NCBI GenBank assembly: GCA_964187785.1 | Contig: OZ076409.1 | Location: 32,862,001-32,926,000, forward strand | Reading direction: 5' to 3' | DNA: 64,000 nucleotides | Source: Amphiscolops sp. MND2022 | Lineage: Eukaryota | Part shown: positions 51,101 through 62,198 of the stretch, piece after piece | Layout of the letters: each line of letters begins with the position of its first letter | Numbering within the stretch: the first letter of the stretch is position 1 | Notes under the pieces: generated by a model | The model's input: only the letters and a program-made list of their open reading frames with translations | Databases searched by the model: none | What the model was told of the DNA's origin: nothing | Translations under genes and position numbers: made by a program

Positions 51101-52079
51101 AACCAGAGAACCAAAAGCCCCGAAAAAAAATTATCGCAACCAACCTTTTTCCCACTCAATATGCAGCACAGATCGCTCCAGACCCTCAGCTGGACGAGTG
51201 TGTTGAGTTCGTTCACGCTTGTCTGCCACAGACTGGGTACCGGCAATATCAGCGTCCTCGCCCAGGACATCTACAGAGGATGACAGCAAACCCACACCAG
51301 AAGATTGTCCCACCAAAACTTCATCAGCACTGGTTAATCCCAGAGCAGGACGACCCACTAAACAAAAGCCAATCAGACGAGGCTCATCAAAAACGACATG
51401 ACCATAACAGATCAAGAATCCCTACTTTCAGTTGTCTCAAGAGGGGCAGCAGATGAATTGCTGGCAGAATCACTGGATGCCACAGAAGCAGCCCTGCCTC
51501 GCTTGTCCACACCAGCATTGATCACTGAACCCAATCGCTTGCTTCGACTAACCCCAGAGCTGCTTGGCGCAGACCTTCCTGGACGGAAATCAGCATCATC
51601 AGAATCATCAGTATCATCAGAAAGCCCTAAATAAAACAACGAAGCGGATGAATTGACGCGTCTGTATACTAGCATAATAGTGTTAACTGGCCATTAACAC
51701 ATAGTTAAGCATCTAACCCTGTTGGTCATGCAGATAATCCAAGCCGTGTCTGGCTTCACTGTCAGTGGAATGAATCGAACGGACATCTTCAGCTTCAATT
51801 AGTTTATTTGCGTCCTCATCAGAGCTGGTCATCAGAATCAATCTCACCAAAACCGCGAGGGACACGACCCGACAAAACCACAGACTCCGTGACTTGACTC
51901 ACTTCCTCATTTTCCTCCTCAGCAATAACAAACTGCCTGTCCACATCCGAAATCTCTGCTCCCGAACTAACGATCCCACCACCCACTTCCTTCGCAACAG
52001 ACTCCACCTCACTCTCCAGGACTCCGATGTTACGAGAACGTATAACACGTTGAGCATCTTCATCTGTCGAATTCGACAT
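48183..52079 (-). pseudogene. Antisense accessory gene in the Gypsy 3' region with a BED-like zinc finger; fragmented
   Basis: Chain of consecutive - strand ORFs; FNCAICRKDISF..RG..EI.RHF motif; candidate splice acceptors near 51630 and 50745. Confidence 0.5.
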
Positions 52080-52417
52080 ATCCTTTCCTGCTTACAAAGC
52101 AAATCTGAAAAGTACCATAACATAACATCAACAGGATTAAAACGAACACGTGGCGTAAAACCAACGAAATTATTAATATGCAGTATTTTTATTATGACGT
52201 AATGGAAGTCATTCAGTCTGCCAGCTGAAAACTTTCCTAATCACGCAAGTGGCATGAACAAAATACGAGTAAAGGAATTATCAGTTAAACGTTTCAACTA
52301 TTCCCAACGCAGTTGCTTACTCAATTACTTTTATTCTATTGCTAACTCTCAAATCGCTAGCAGCCTATTATTTCACAAAAATTACTATTATTCACGCAAT
52401 TACAATTAGAAGAAACA

Positions 52418-53044
52418 ATGCAGACACCGGAATTTGATTTATCCAGCGACTGTTTTATTTTGGATCGCGACCAGGACGAATACCTGAAATTCCCTCAAGC
52501 CCAATCTACCCCCACGATCAAACAATCTCCGCAGAAAGGCTCCCACTCAGCCGAAATACATGATCTATACGAGATTATAAAGACAGAAGAAGAACATCTG
52601 GTCTTACTTTACGATACAGCGCCAGTGACTATCCTATCTACGGCAACCGAAGACGGCTCAACTATTCGACGATTTACCTGGGACAACCCTGTGATTCAAG
52701 ACGGAATAGGTTTCAGCCCGCCCCGAAATTATCACGAGATAGACAGCTGGTTATACGCCCCTAATAATGGCACGGTAAGTCACATTTCGAGCGATTTTAG
52801 CTCAATTGGCTACTTTTCGGGAAGCGATTGGACGACTGACTCGTCTTGTTTCTCATACGACTCTTTAGTACAATCCGTTTTCCAACCGCCTATTTTATCG
52901 CCGTTCAGACCGATTTCTCCACTTCCTCCCATACCGGACGTCCCTCAACAAAGCCGGGGACTGTCGCGACCCCAGAGGCGTCACGGAATACAAACAATAA
53001 GAGGAACGCCTGAGGAGGGAAGCAAAGAAATCGACCAAGAATAG
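52418..53044 (+). CDS. Hypothetical Ser/Pro-rich protein within the retroelement
   Basis: 208-aa ATG-initiated ORF; no recognised domain. Confidence 0.35.
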   Translation: MQTPEFDLSSDCFILDRDQDEYLKFPQAQSTPTIKQSPQKGSHSAEIHDLYEIIKTEEEHLVLLYDTAPVTILSTATEDGSTIRRFTWDNPVIQDGIGFSPPRNYHEIDSWLYAPNNGTVSHISSDFSSIGYFSGSDWTTDSSCFSYDSLVQSVFQPPILSPFRPISPLPPIPDVPQQSRGLSRPQRRHGIQTIRGTPEEGSKEIDQE

Positions 53045-53519
53045 GCCAGAAACACCATAATAAACCTAAAAAAGAAAAACCAACAAACAGCTAATATTAT
53101 TTAAATAACATGTAAACGTTCATTTATTACTACCACGCTGTACCTGAAATACATAAATATGTAAATAAATATATAATAATAACACGTGCAGTATTTACTC
53201 AGTAAATCAACCAGCACGCCGACCGAAATTAATTCGACCAGCGCGTTGACTGGGGACTCGCCTCAGCGGCAGCAGTAATTTTGAATAATACTGTGCCGTA
53301 TTGACCAATCAGAATCGAGCGCAGTTGATGCTAATAGTAAATTTGAGTCAACGTCCCAGGCAGCATACCAGTCGACTGAAGATGGGCGCGCGCTCAGTCG
53401 CACTGCCTGAATTTACAGACGCAATCACTCGATGCCTAATCTAAATGAAATTTTCTCGGCTTAAAAGAAGCCAAATACCAAAAGGATGTCCAATGAACAC
53501 TAAGTGATAATAGTTGAAG

Positions 53520-54856
53520 TGTTATTAAAGTATTTAATTCAACTTATGTTTGAGTCAACCTCCCAGGCAGAGTGCTAAATTCTCCAGATGAAACAACAAC
53601 CTGGGTAGACCACCAGAAATATTCGAGTGACATGTAATTTTTGATTAACTCATTTGTGAAACTATCATCTTTAAACACACTGATTATTGCCAATACAGTG
53701 AAATGACCCCCAGTGCTATTATTCACCCCCACATGCATCGTTTAGTTACCATACAGTTGAGTCAACCACCTGGTCAACCGGCCAGACAACTCAAAATGAA
53801 ACGCGTTGCCTGGCGTTCATCCAGGATTTTAATTGTTCGTTCTAGTTCGAAACGCCGATAAAGGGATAAAATCGACTGATTAAAAGAGAATCAGTGCTGT
53901 TAATTTGTTATACAGAAGTCTTTTCTTAATTTGTTTATCAGCAAAATTTGGGAATCTTCGGTGTAATATTCACTTTCTTTTCCCGTTTCAGTTACTAGGT
54001 TCATGAATTTTCAGTGCCAACTTCAGTTCGGCGTCTTGAATTGGCGAGAAATGAAGAAGGAAGCAACGCGGAATTGGGGCTTCGGCAGGAAGTTGATTCC
54101 CACTTTTCCTTTAAAGTGAGATAAAGCCGAAAGCCGAGTCCTGAGGAAGCGGACCTAATTAGGATTTTCCTGCCTCGGATTGACGCCGAGCTGAACAAGG
54201 TGTGAATTCACACGCGGGATTTATCCCGCGTGTCTAGCGAAAAGTATTTATACCTGAGGCGGGCTAAGGAAAGGACCTGTTTATTTTTATGATTTTGCAG
54301 TACACTCACCTAAATTCGAATACTTTCTTGACTTCGTTTCCCTTGATAATCGCTGCCTTTAAAAATTGTTTGTTAATCTTCACCCTAGTTGCTTTGCTGA
54401 AGTTTGGACATTGTTTGTTTGACCAATTCATTTCGTTTGGGAATAATTTGAGATCAACAACCTCCCAGAAATACTCAATTCAACTGTTTCCAAACCCGAA
54501 TATTTTCACGAAAATGCCAGAAAAGACTCAGAAAAGGAAATTAAGGAGTGATCAGAGCACTAGCCAGATAGATGAAGAGATAGCTAGTTCGACCAACGAT
54601 GCAAATGTTTTATTATCGGATAGGGATTTTGAAGATATTTCTAGCAAGGTAGAAAACAGGCTTTCCAAACGCCTTAGGGACACTGAGGTGAACCAACGTG
54701 AGATACTAAAATTGATCGAAAACTTGTCTTCTAAAGTCGACAACTTAACCAGTGTGAATCTTGAACAGAATTTTTCAACTCCCAGGACTGAGATTGAGGG
54801 AAACCCCACTTATGAATTAGAAGAAGTAGAACTCGCAAGGAGCGTTAACTCCAACA
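53520..54856 (+). repeat. Probable LTR (TGTT...AACA) containing a gag-like N-terminal ORF
   Basis: Inverted TGTT/AACA ends; coiled-coil-like ORF from ATG 54514 changes character right after AACA; no convincing PPT and no partner LTR in the window. Confidence 0.45.
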
Positions 54857-54989
54857 TTAATAAATCAAGAAGGATCCCCCTTTTAAATATTTTGGCAATA
54901 TGTGACATTTTTCGAAAGGAGAAAAAAATCAAAAAAATGTTTTGTGCTTTTTAAGCTTTAGACATAGCGCCGACTATAGACGTTCTCGT

Positions 54990-55445
54990 CTTGTATGACA
55001 CAAAATTAAAGTCTCTGCAGGTAAGTATGTAATCGAAACGTTTTTCAATATTGGTAATGTTTTCAGTAAGTTCTTTAAGAAATGACTGTCCCCCCGCATA
55101 TTTGCTGTTTCTGGGTGGTAAATTGCAGTATATTATAAATAAAAATTTTTCCTGCCAAAGCAAACAGAACAAATGGTATTAGATCCATTGCGTCAGAGTC
55201 GAAGTAGCGTTCTTGAGAGTCTAGAGTGCTTTTAACACATTTCATTTTACCCCCATGGAATGTAGTTAGTGTTTCTGAGTTTTACGATTTGAAAAGAAGC
55301 ATTGGAACTGGGGTCAGAAAATGTCGCCTTCAGGGACTTCTTCTGTTAGCCATGTTTGGGCGAGGCATATAATGTCGAAGTCCTTGGTTAAAAGATAATT
55401 TACAAATTTTTGTCGTCTGTCAAATTAGTGATTGCTTCTGATATT
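54990..55445 (-). pseudogene. LINE apurinic-type endonuclease fragment
   Basis: NIRSI, DIICL.QTWL, HGG, Y.NLPP and DFNF motifs spread across frames. Confidence 0.7.
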
Positions 55446-55879
55446 ATATAGCAATTTCTTGTACTCTCTCGACAATTTAGGGAGTCAAGCCTTAAACTCG
55501 ACTGGTTTTCTGCTCAGATTTAGAACCCCCGTTCTGATGTTTATTTGTTTCGGATCACAGTTCTCTTGGTTGTTCAAGTTTCCTCCGTCTCTTGAGTTAC
55601 TTTTGTTTGTTTAGTTGTTGCTTTCTATTCAATGATTTCGATAGATCTATCAGTTATTTTGGATTTTCGTCCTCAATCAAGTGCCATGTGTATCATCATG
55701 TTGGGGAGAGAAGACACACACCCGTGGTCTGCAACGAAAGTAGGAACCCCATATCAGCCAATAACCCAGTGGACCAGAAAAAAAATATTAACCAACAAAC
55801 TCTCAAACCAGCCACTATCCCAGTCGACCGATAGAATTTTTTCAAAAGCTTCAACAATATAGAGGGTTAAAGACTAATA

Positions 55880-56230
55880 AGCTATATGTTATAAATTTCT
55901 TCAAACGCATTTCTGTCGTTGACAGTTCCTAGAACACAGGTCGCATTGCCGATCTGAAGAGTCATTGAAAGCCGTTGCTTCAAAACGCTGCCAGCTCGTA
56001 GCTTGTTGCTTGCAATACAGAGACGCGTGATAACTTCACGGCTCTCGCTTGACGAACCCTGTACTTCCAAGGCCACCGGTTAAAAAATGTATCCCTTGTC
56101 TATTAATTTGCGAGACTTCTCAATTTTACGCGCATCAGTCTTGGTGGCGATGGTTTTCGGGTTGCATAAAGAGCCTTGATTCATGCAACTGGCGTGCAAG
56201 AGCATCACAACCGTGACATCCCCCACCAGC
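55880..56230 (-). mobile_element. CRE-like LINE 3' end (restriction-like endonuclease region)
   Basis: DVTVV...RK......GY.F.P.ALEVQG...LKQRLS..LQIGNA.CVLGT. Confidence 0.7.
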
Positions 56231-56281
56231 TGTTTACACAATTCCTAAGAAATCTTGGTAACACTGTCTGGGCATTTGCCA

Positions 56282-56990
56282 TCAGTTTGGTACAGTAATT
56301 GATAGATACATTTTGTACTTTTCACATTGGTATTCTGGTTCATAGTTCTTTAGCATGGATACCCGTGCTAAGAGCTTCTCCACGTTGTAGCTGTTTTTGA
56401 ACTTCAGTAACATTTGTCTGGTTCTCGTTGAGGCAGCATCAAATTTTCCAAGCCTATGGGAACCTGATATTACATTTTTTTTCAATGCCCAAGAAATTGA
56501 CAACTCCGCAGATCACATTCTTTTAGTGCTCAAAAACAAAGTTTGCGATCAAGTTTTGTAATATGTTACACACCGTTTTCTTTATTAACTACTTTCTTTT
56601 GAAATTTTAATTGGGGGAGGCCCCTGAAGCGCAGTGTTTGATTAAATAACTTGGACGTATTTGTTTTTTGTACTTATCTTGTGTATTTGCTGAGGATGGT
56701 GATTGCGTGGTCATCAACTCGTTCAGGGTTTTTTCATCCGTTCTACAGATTTTGTCAACGAGGCCACATCAGTTGTTAAGCTGGCTGTCACTTTCTTCGA
56801 CGGGCAAGTGTCACAGAGGAAATTCACAATATTTGACCACTCCAGGAAATCAATTTCTTCTTCTGTGTAACCCATGCAAAAGCTATGGTCCAACCATCGC
56901 AGTTTTCGCATTGAAGCCAGTTTTCACCGTCCTTTTCGGAGCAGATTTTGCCGGAGATCCCAGGGCACCGTTGCTTCGATGCCAACAGGT
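56282..56990 (-). pseudogene. LINE ORF1 fragment (PHD finger + RRM/CTD-like)
   Basis: C...C...WLQCENCDGW.H..C.......FLCDTC across a frameshift; HRLGK....R..LLKF; partial duplicate at ~57865-58037. Confidence 0.65.
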
Positions 56991-58450
56991 TGCGAGCTCC
57001 ATGCATTCCGGATTTGACAGTAATAATAGCAGTGGTGTTTTTTAAAGAGCAGCAAAGTAACAGCTTTCTGAATGCATTTCTGGCTATACTCTCATGCCCA
57101 CATGGCCTAGAGATTAATTCCGATTTTCTAAATACGAGGTCTGAGAAGCAGGAAAAGTATATGGATTTGAGGGTCGCACTAGAAAATGCTCGCATAAGTT
57201 GAAGGTAGACCAATGGGTACTCCCTTCAGGGTTTTTTCATGCAATATGCGATTTTCCTCGAAGTATTTAAAGGCTAAGTGCCCCTTCCCTTTTGACAGGA
57301 AAAAAAGCGTTTTGCGAGCGTGGAAGAGTACCACCTTGATTTTTTGGCACACTGCGACTTACTGAAAAATCTCTTCACTAGTTTTGGATTTTTGAGAAAC
57401 AAGCAACTATAGTCATGGCTTCTCGTCAGTTTTTTCCATTACACCTAAACTGTGCGAAAGGATTCTAGCAAAGGTTTTTCAATTTTGGCAAAGTCCCTTT
57501 CCTTTTGGACATCTACATACTACGCCTTCGACAACAATAACAGCACATACTGAATTTAGCGCAAATTGGGAAAAAAATGATATCCGGATATATAGTTGCG
57601 CGAATAACGTCTAAAGAATAACGTCTAAAAGTGTTTCGGGAATATCGTCTAATGCAATAACATAAAAATTTCAATTTTTTTTAAATAAAGAATAAGCATG
57701 ACTTGGGCTTAGAGTTTTGCAACTTTAGAGGTTAGCATATATGCTGTACGGCTCGGTCGCTTCCCTGCCTTCGCCAAATGGCAACCCTGAAGCATGGCCA
57801 TGTGGCACGTGGCTCGGCTTGGATTCTCTCCTGCATATAGAGCAATAGGGGTATGTGTCACGGGCAAGCCTATGGGAACCTGATATTACATTTTTTTTCA
57901 ATGCCCAAGAACTTGACAACTTCGCAGATCACATTCTTTTAGAGCTCAAAAACAAAGTTTTTGATCAAGTTTCGTGATATGTTACTCACCGTTTTCTTTA
58001 TTAACTACTTTCTTTTGAAATTTTATTTCGGGGAGGTTATAGCCGACTAGGTTATATTCATAATTTCGACAAAATCTGCCTGGTGTACTCAACTTAGTGA
58101 CTTTCAGTTATATGGTATTAAGCCAAGACGTTTGGCTTAAAAAATAAAGCCAAATCACTTTCACCCAATTGACTTTGAGCCTATTGACCATTTACCACCC
58201 CCAGGAAAAAGCGTATTTGGAGAATTGTTCAATGTTACAAAAGTATTCCCTTTTCACTTTTTGGCATATTTGAATTTGATAAAAACCATTTGAAGCTAAA
58301 GAGTTCTCTCCTTGGATTTTTAGTCTGTGCTTTTCGAAGAAAACGCAGACTATAGCAGTGACTTTTTTCGACCAACGAAGTGACAGATTTTATACGCTTT
58401 ATAAGCTGGCTTGCACTAACACTAACTGCCACACTACTTCTACTGGCACT

Positions 58451-58536
58451 TGGCATAGAGGTTAATTAGGATTTTTTGAGGTCTGCCAATCAGAAGGACG
58501 TGGGTTCGAGTCTCCCCCTTGACCGAAGTTTTTTTG
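58451..58536 (+). repeat. tRNA-derived SINE-like head
   Basis: TGGCATAGAGG (A-box-like), GGTTCGAGTC (B box) and a T7 run; no cloverleaf. Confidence 0.45.
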
Positions 58537-58754
58537 CATGTTATTTCGGCTTTGTGAGACTTTTTTTCGCAATTTTTTTAAATGTTCTAAAGGGTCTCCT
58601 TTCAATTGTTTGATATTTTGTAACAGAATGGATGTTCAAACAATCCCAAAGGGTCCCCCTTTTACATTTTTTGCCACTGGGCGACATACCAGAAACTTAA
58701 AAAAACTTTCGAAAAGAGTATTAGAATTTTTTTCCTTGCTATTTTTGAGCCTTA

Positions 58755-59472
58755 TGTAACGGCAACTGCCCATGTCAAAATTTTCGAAGCAAAAATTCGT
58801 TCAAATCTGACGTGGCACTCAAACATGCTCCAGACGAAAGACCTGTCAAAAAAGCATATCAGAAATCAGAAATCGCCCCCCGCGAGAGACGACGAGAAGA
58901 GAAGACGTAGAAATCAGTCCCTAGAACACGGTGATGTGCCCATCTTTGGCATTTACACTACATAGGTAACAGAAACCGGTGTTCCAGATGCTCGCCTGAA
59001 GATCCTGCGGTGTCCTGTGCGGTGACGAGCGCTAGCGCTGGGAAGCCATGGTCGATTCGTTCCTGTTAGATAACTCGAACTTCTGATATTGTTATGCTTA
59101 TTGTGCTTTCCTTGTTGTAGTAGATTGATATGCTCGAGAGCTGCCCATTTAACATCTGTTGTTAAATCCACTTTTGATGTCGATTTTATCAGATTCTCCA
59201 ATACTATGGCTCAACATTCTCCTGTTTTCAGCCCCCTTTTTAAAGGCTGATTGAGCAGTGGTCTTGAGACATGCAAGATGCCCGTTACTTTTAGCAGTTA
59301 CAGACTAGGACCAGGCCAGAGAGTTTCCAACAAGACGGTTCCCCCACCTTGGGACTGGCTCCTTCGGAGGGAAAATGAGCTAGGGCCGCGGAGATCTAAG
59401 TCCCGGATTATATTCGCTGTTCTAGTTCCTCCACTCTACGTTGCGGTTCAAGCGCCAGCGCTTATCGTTACA
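58755..59472 (+). repeat. 5' LTR of a Gypsy-like element
   Basis: TGTAACG...CGTTACA inverted ends, followed by a PBS-like sequence and gag. Confidence 0.8.
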
Positions 59473-59487
59473 TAGAACCTCATTTTT

Positions 59488-59504
59488 TGGCGACCACAGA
59501 GGGA
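59488..59504 (+). promoter_or_regulatory. Primer-binding site, probably tRNA-Arg
   Basis: TGGCGACCACAGAGGGA resembles the complement of a tRNA-Arg 3' end (from memory, not searched). Confidence 0.6.
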
Positions 59505-62198
59505 TCGTCTTGGGAGGCTTTCCCGAGAGGTTTTTAAAAGATCTGGCCCCCTGGTGATCAGCGCCAAGCCCGTTTCGACTCTGGAAGAGGCGAGAGAAGC
59601 AGAGTTTTACCCTTTTTTAGTCGTGTGACATTCTACTGGAACTGGGAGAGGCGTTGAACCAGAGAAAACCCGAAAAAAATCACGTTTTCAGGTGCGAAAA
59701 TGGTATTTTTAGGTGTTTTGGAAGGAAATCAGTATTTTTGTGTGATGTGTTGTGTGCCCATCAGCGGGTATCTTTTTGCAGGTGCCGAAGACCGTAGCAC
59801 GTGGCTACGGGTGTTTAACAGGTTTTGCAAGCTATTTTCAGCCATTTTATGCCATGCAAGAAGGTAACTGGTGGATGGCTGACCATGAACCAGCGAGGCG
59901 AAGGGGAAGTCAAATTGTGTGTTGCCTACTTTCTACTCCCATTTCTCGTGGAGACGTCCTAGAGGTATGGTTTTTGGTGGACAGCAAGTGCAATTGCAGA
60001 CGATGCTAATGGTCCAAACCGCGTGTCTCTATCTGGTCTGGATGTGGAGAAAAAGCGTGGTGAAGGTGCACCCCCTGTGACCGGACGCGTCGCTCAAATG
60101 GCTCATGGTCGGTGAAAATTTTGAAAATGCACCTTTTTCGACGGGGAATTGTTGGTGCAGGTCAGTAATGTTTTATTGTAGATGTAACGACACCCTACGA
60201 AGTGCTTTTCTGCAAAAAAGATAGCACTTGCGTGAAAAAACCCTGATTTTGCGTTTTTTTTCGTGGTTTTGAGCACTTGTGCTCAGCGGAACCAGGAAAA
60301 CTTCGTGAAAACTGTTGCAAAAAGCAGCTGCAAGGCTCGAGAAAGCTAGTACGAGGCACAGAAGGCCGTAATTTTGCCTTTGGTTGTGATAAAAGTGCCG
60401 ATTTAGCACCAGAAAATTGCAAAAAAATGGAATTTTGACCAAAAAGGCACCCAGAAACACAGGCGTACACTTGTGTAGAAGTGTGAAAAAGCAGTGTACG
60501 GTGTTTTTTCAAGCGTAGCAAACCCACAGGACACTAACTGTAACTTTTACAGCGGATTCAGGCAGCCTGGGGCTGACACGGTGCAAAAAACCGGTAATTT
60601 GAGGTGTTTTTAGGCATAGAAAGTGCATTGTCTGAAAGTCTTGAGAGCGAAGCTTAGTGGAACAGAGCGAGTCTGAACGCTCTTATTTTCTGTTTTCGCA
60701 ATAAAAATAGCGCATTGTGGTGAAAACCGCGTGCAAAAACTCCTTTTCAGTGTCGAGAAAAGTTGAAAAACCTTGAATTTTAGTTAGTTTCAGGAGTGTC
60801 CTAGCACACAATAAAAACCCCCTGGGCACTCTGTCGTTTTGTTAGTCAGGAGCTTTCGTGCTCTCATTTTCTGTTTTTATAGTAAAAATAACGCATTGTG
60901 GTGAAAACCGCGTGCAAAAATTTCTTTTCGGTGCTGAGAAAAGTGGAAAAACGCACTGAATTTGATCAATTTTCCACAAAATCGGACTGTCTCTGAGTCA
61001 GGGTCGGGACATCGATTCCTGAACCCTAGCCAAAAAGTGGTTGCATTTTCGTAACCACCACAAAAATTAACGTTATTGCCGAAAATTTGATGGGCGTATC
61101 GCTCACCAAGGTCGAGAAAAACTCTCTGACGTTTTGACTGCAAAGAAGCGTCAAAGGACCGAAAAAATCCAAAACTGCAGGACTGTCAGTGCCTTATATC
61201 TAACGGGCATAACCAATTGAGGGTTTATCCCAGTGCTACGGGTAGTGGGGCAACACGTTGGTCCCATTTTGTCCGCCGTATCACTTTCTGAGGTGATCCT
61301 CTTCGTCGATTTGTGAAAAAAGTCGTCAAAAACAGTGTTTTTTCGTGTACAACGTACATAGTGGATCGGAACTTCAAATAAGCGCTTGCGCTTCAATTCG
61401 ACCATATCAGCGGCATTGTAGGTGCCCTTTGGCATAAACTACCAAGTTTGGTGCCGATCTGTGCGATACTTGTCGAGAAAATAGGAAAAACGTGGCGCCC
61501 AAAAAGGTGTGCAAAAAGGCAGTTTTTTCTTAATTTTTCCGTGTAACCCGGGCACCTTAGCCGACGGGTGGGGCCATATTGTAGCCCACCATCGTAACCT
61601 GTGCTAGTTCCTACGTCGCTGCAGAGAATTTGAGCTTGCTAGCTCGTTCCAGTGGACCGCAATCTTGAAAAAGACGTGAAAAACAGTGTATTTCGGTACA
61701 TAGTGGTACCGCACGTCTGTACCTAGGTGAAACTGTGTAGAAGGGGCACAGCTCAAAACTGTGTTCATTTTCGTGAACCTACGCGTACCTAAGATCTGCT
61801 GGTCAATTTTGGGCTTGATACAGCGCTTCCAGCGCACACACGAGCCTCTTGTGTGTTGTTGTGCGATTTTTGGAAAATCCAAAAATTCTTTGAAATTCTT
61901 CCTGTGAGTGACCGGAGACTTTTGGCCCCAAACCAGGTTTCTGACCCAGTGTGCTTGTGGGAAAGCGCTGTGCGAATTTGAGCAGCCTACGAGCCTTAAA
62001 ACGCATTTCGAGAAATTTGGGACATTGTGAAACAGTAAATTTTTTTAAGTCCACACCGAGACGAGCCTAGAGCTAACAGCGACTCGACAAATCCCGCGTT
62101 CTTCGAGATTTCTTTAAAGGCTACGCCCGAATCGTTGACACCTGCTCTGCCATTGGCATCGTATGTAATGGTCCTACCAGGCCTGGAAAAGCTTGACA

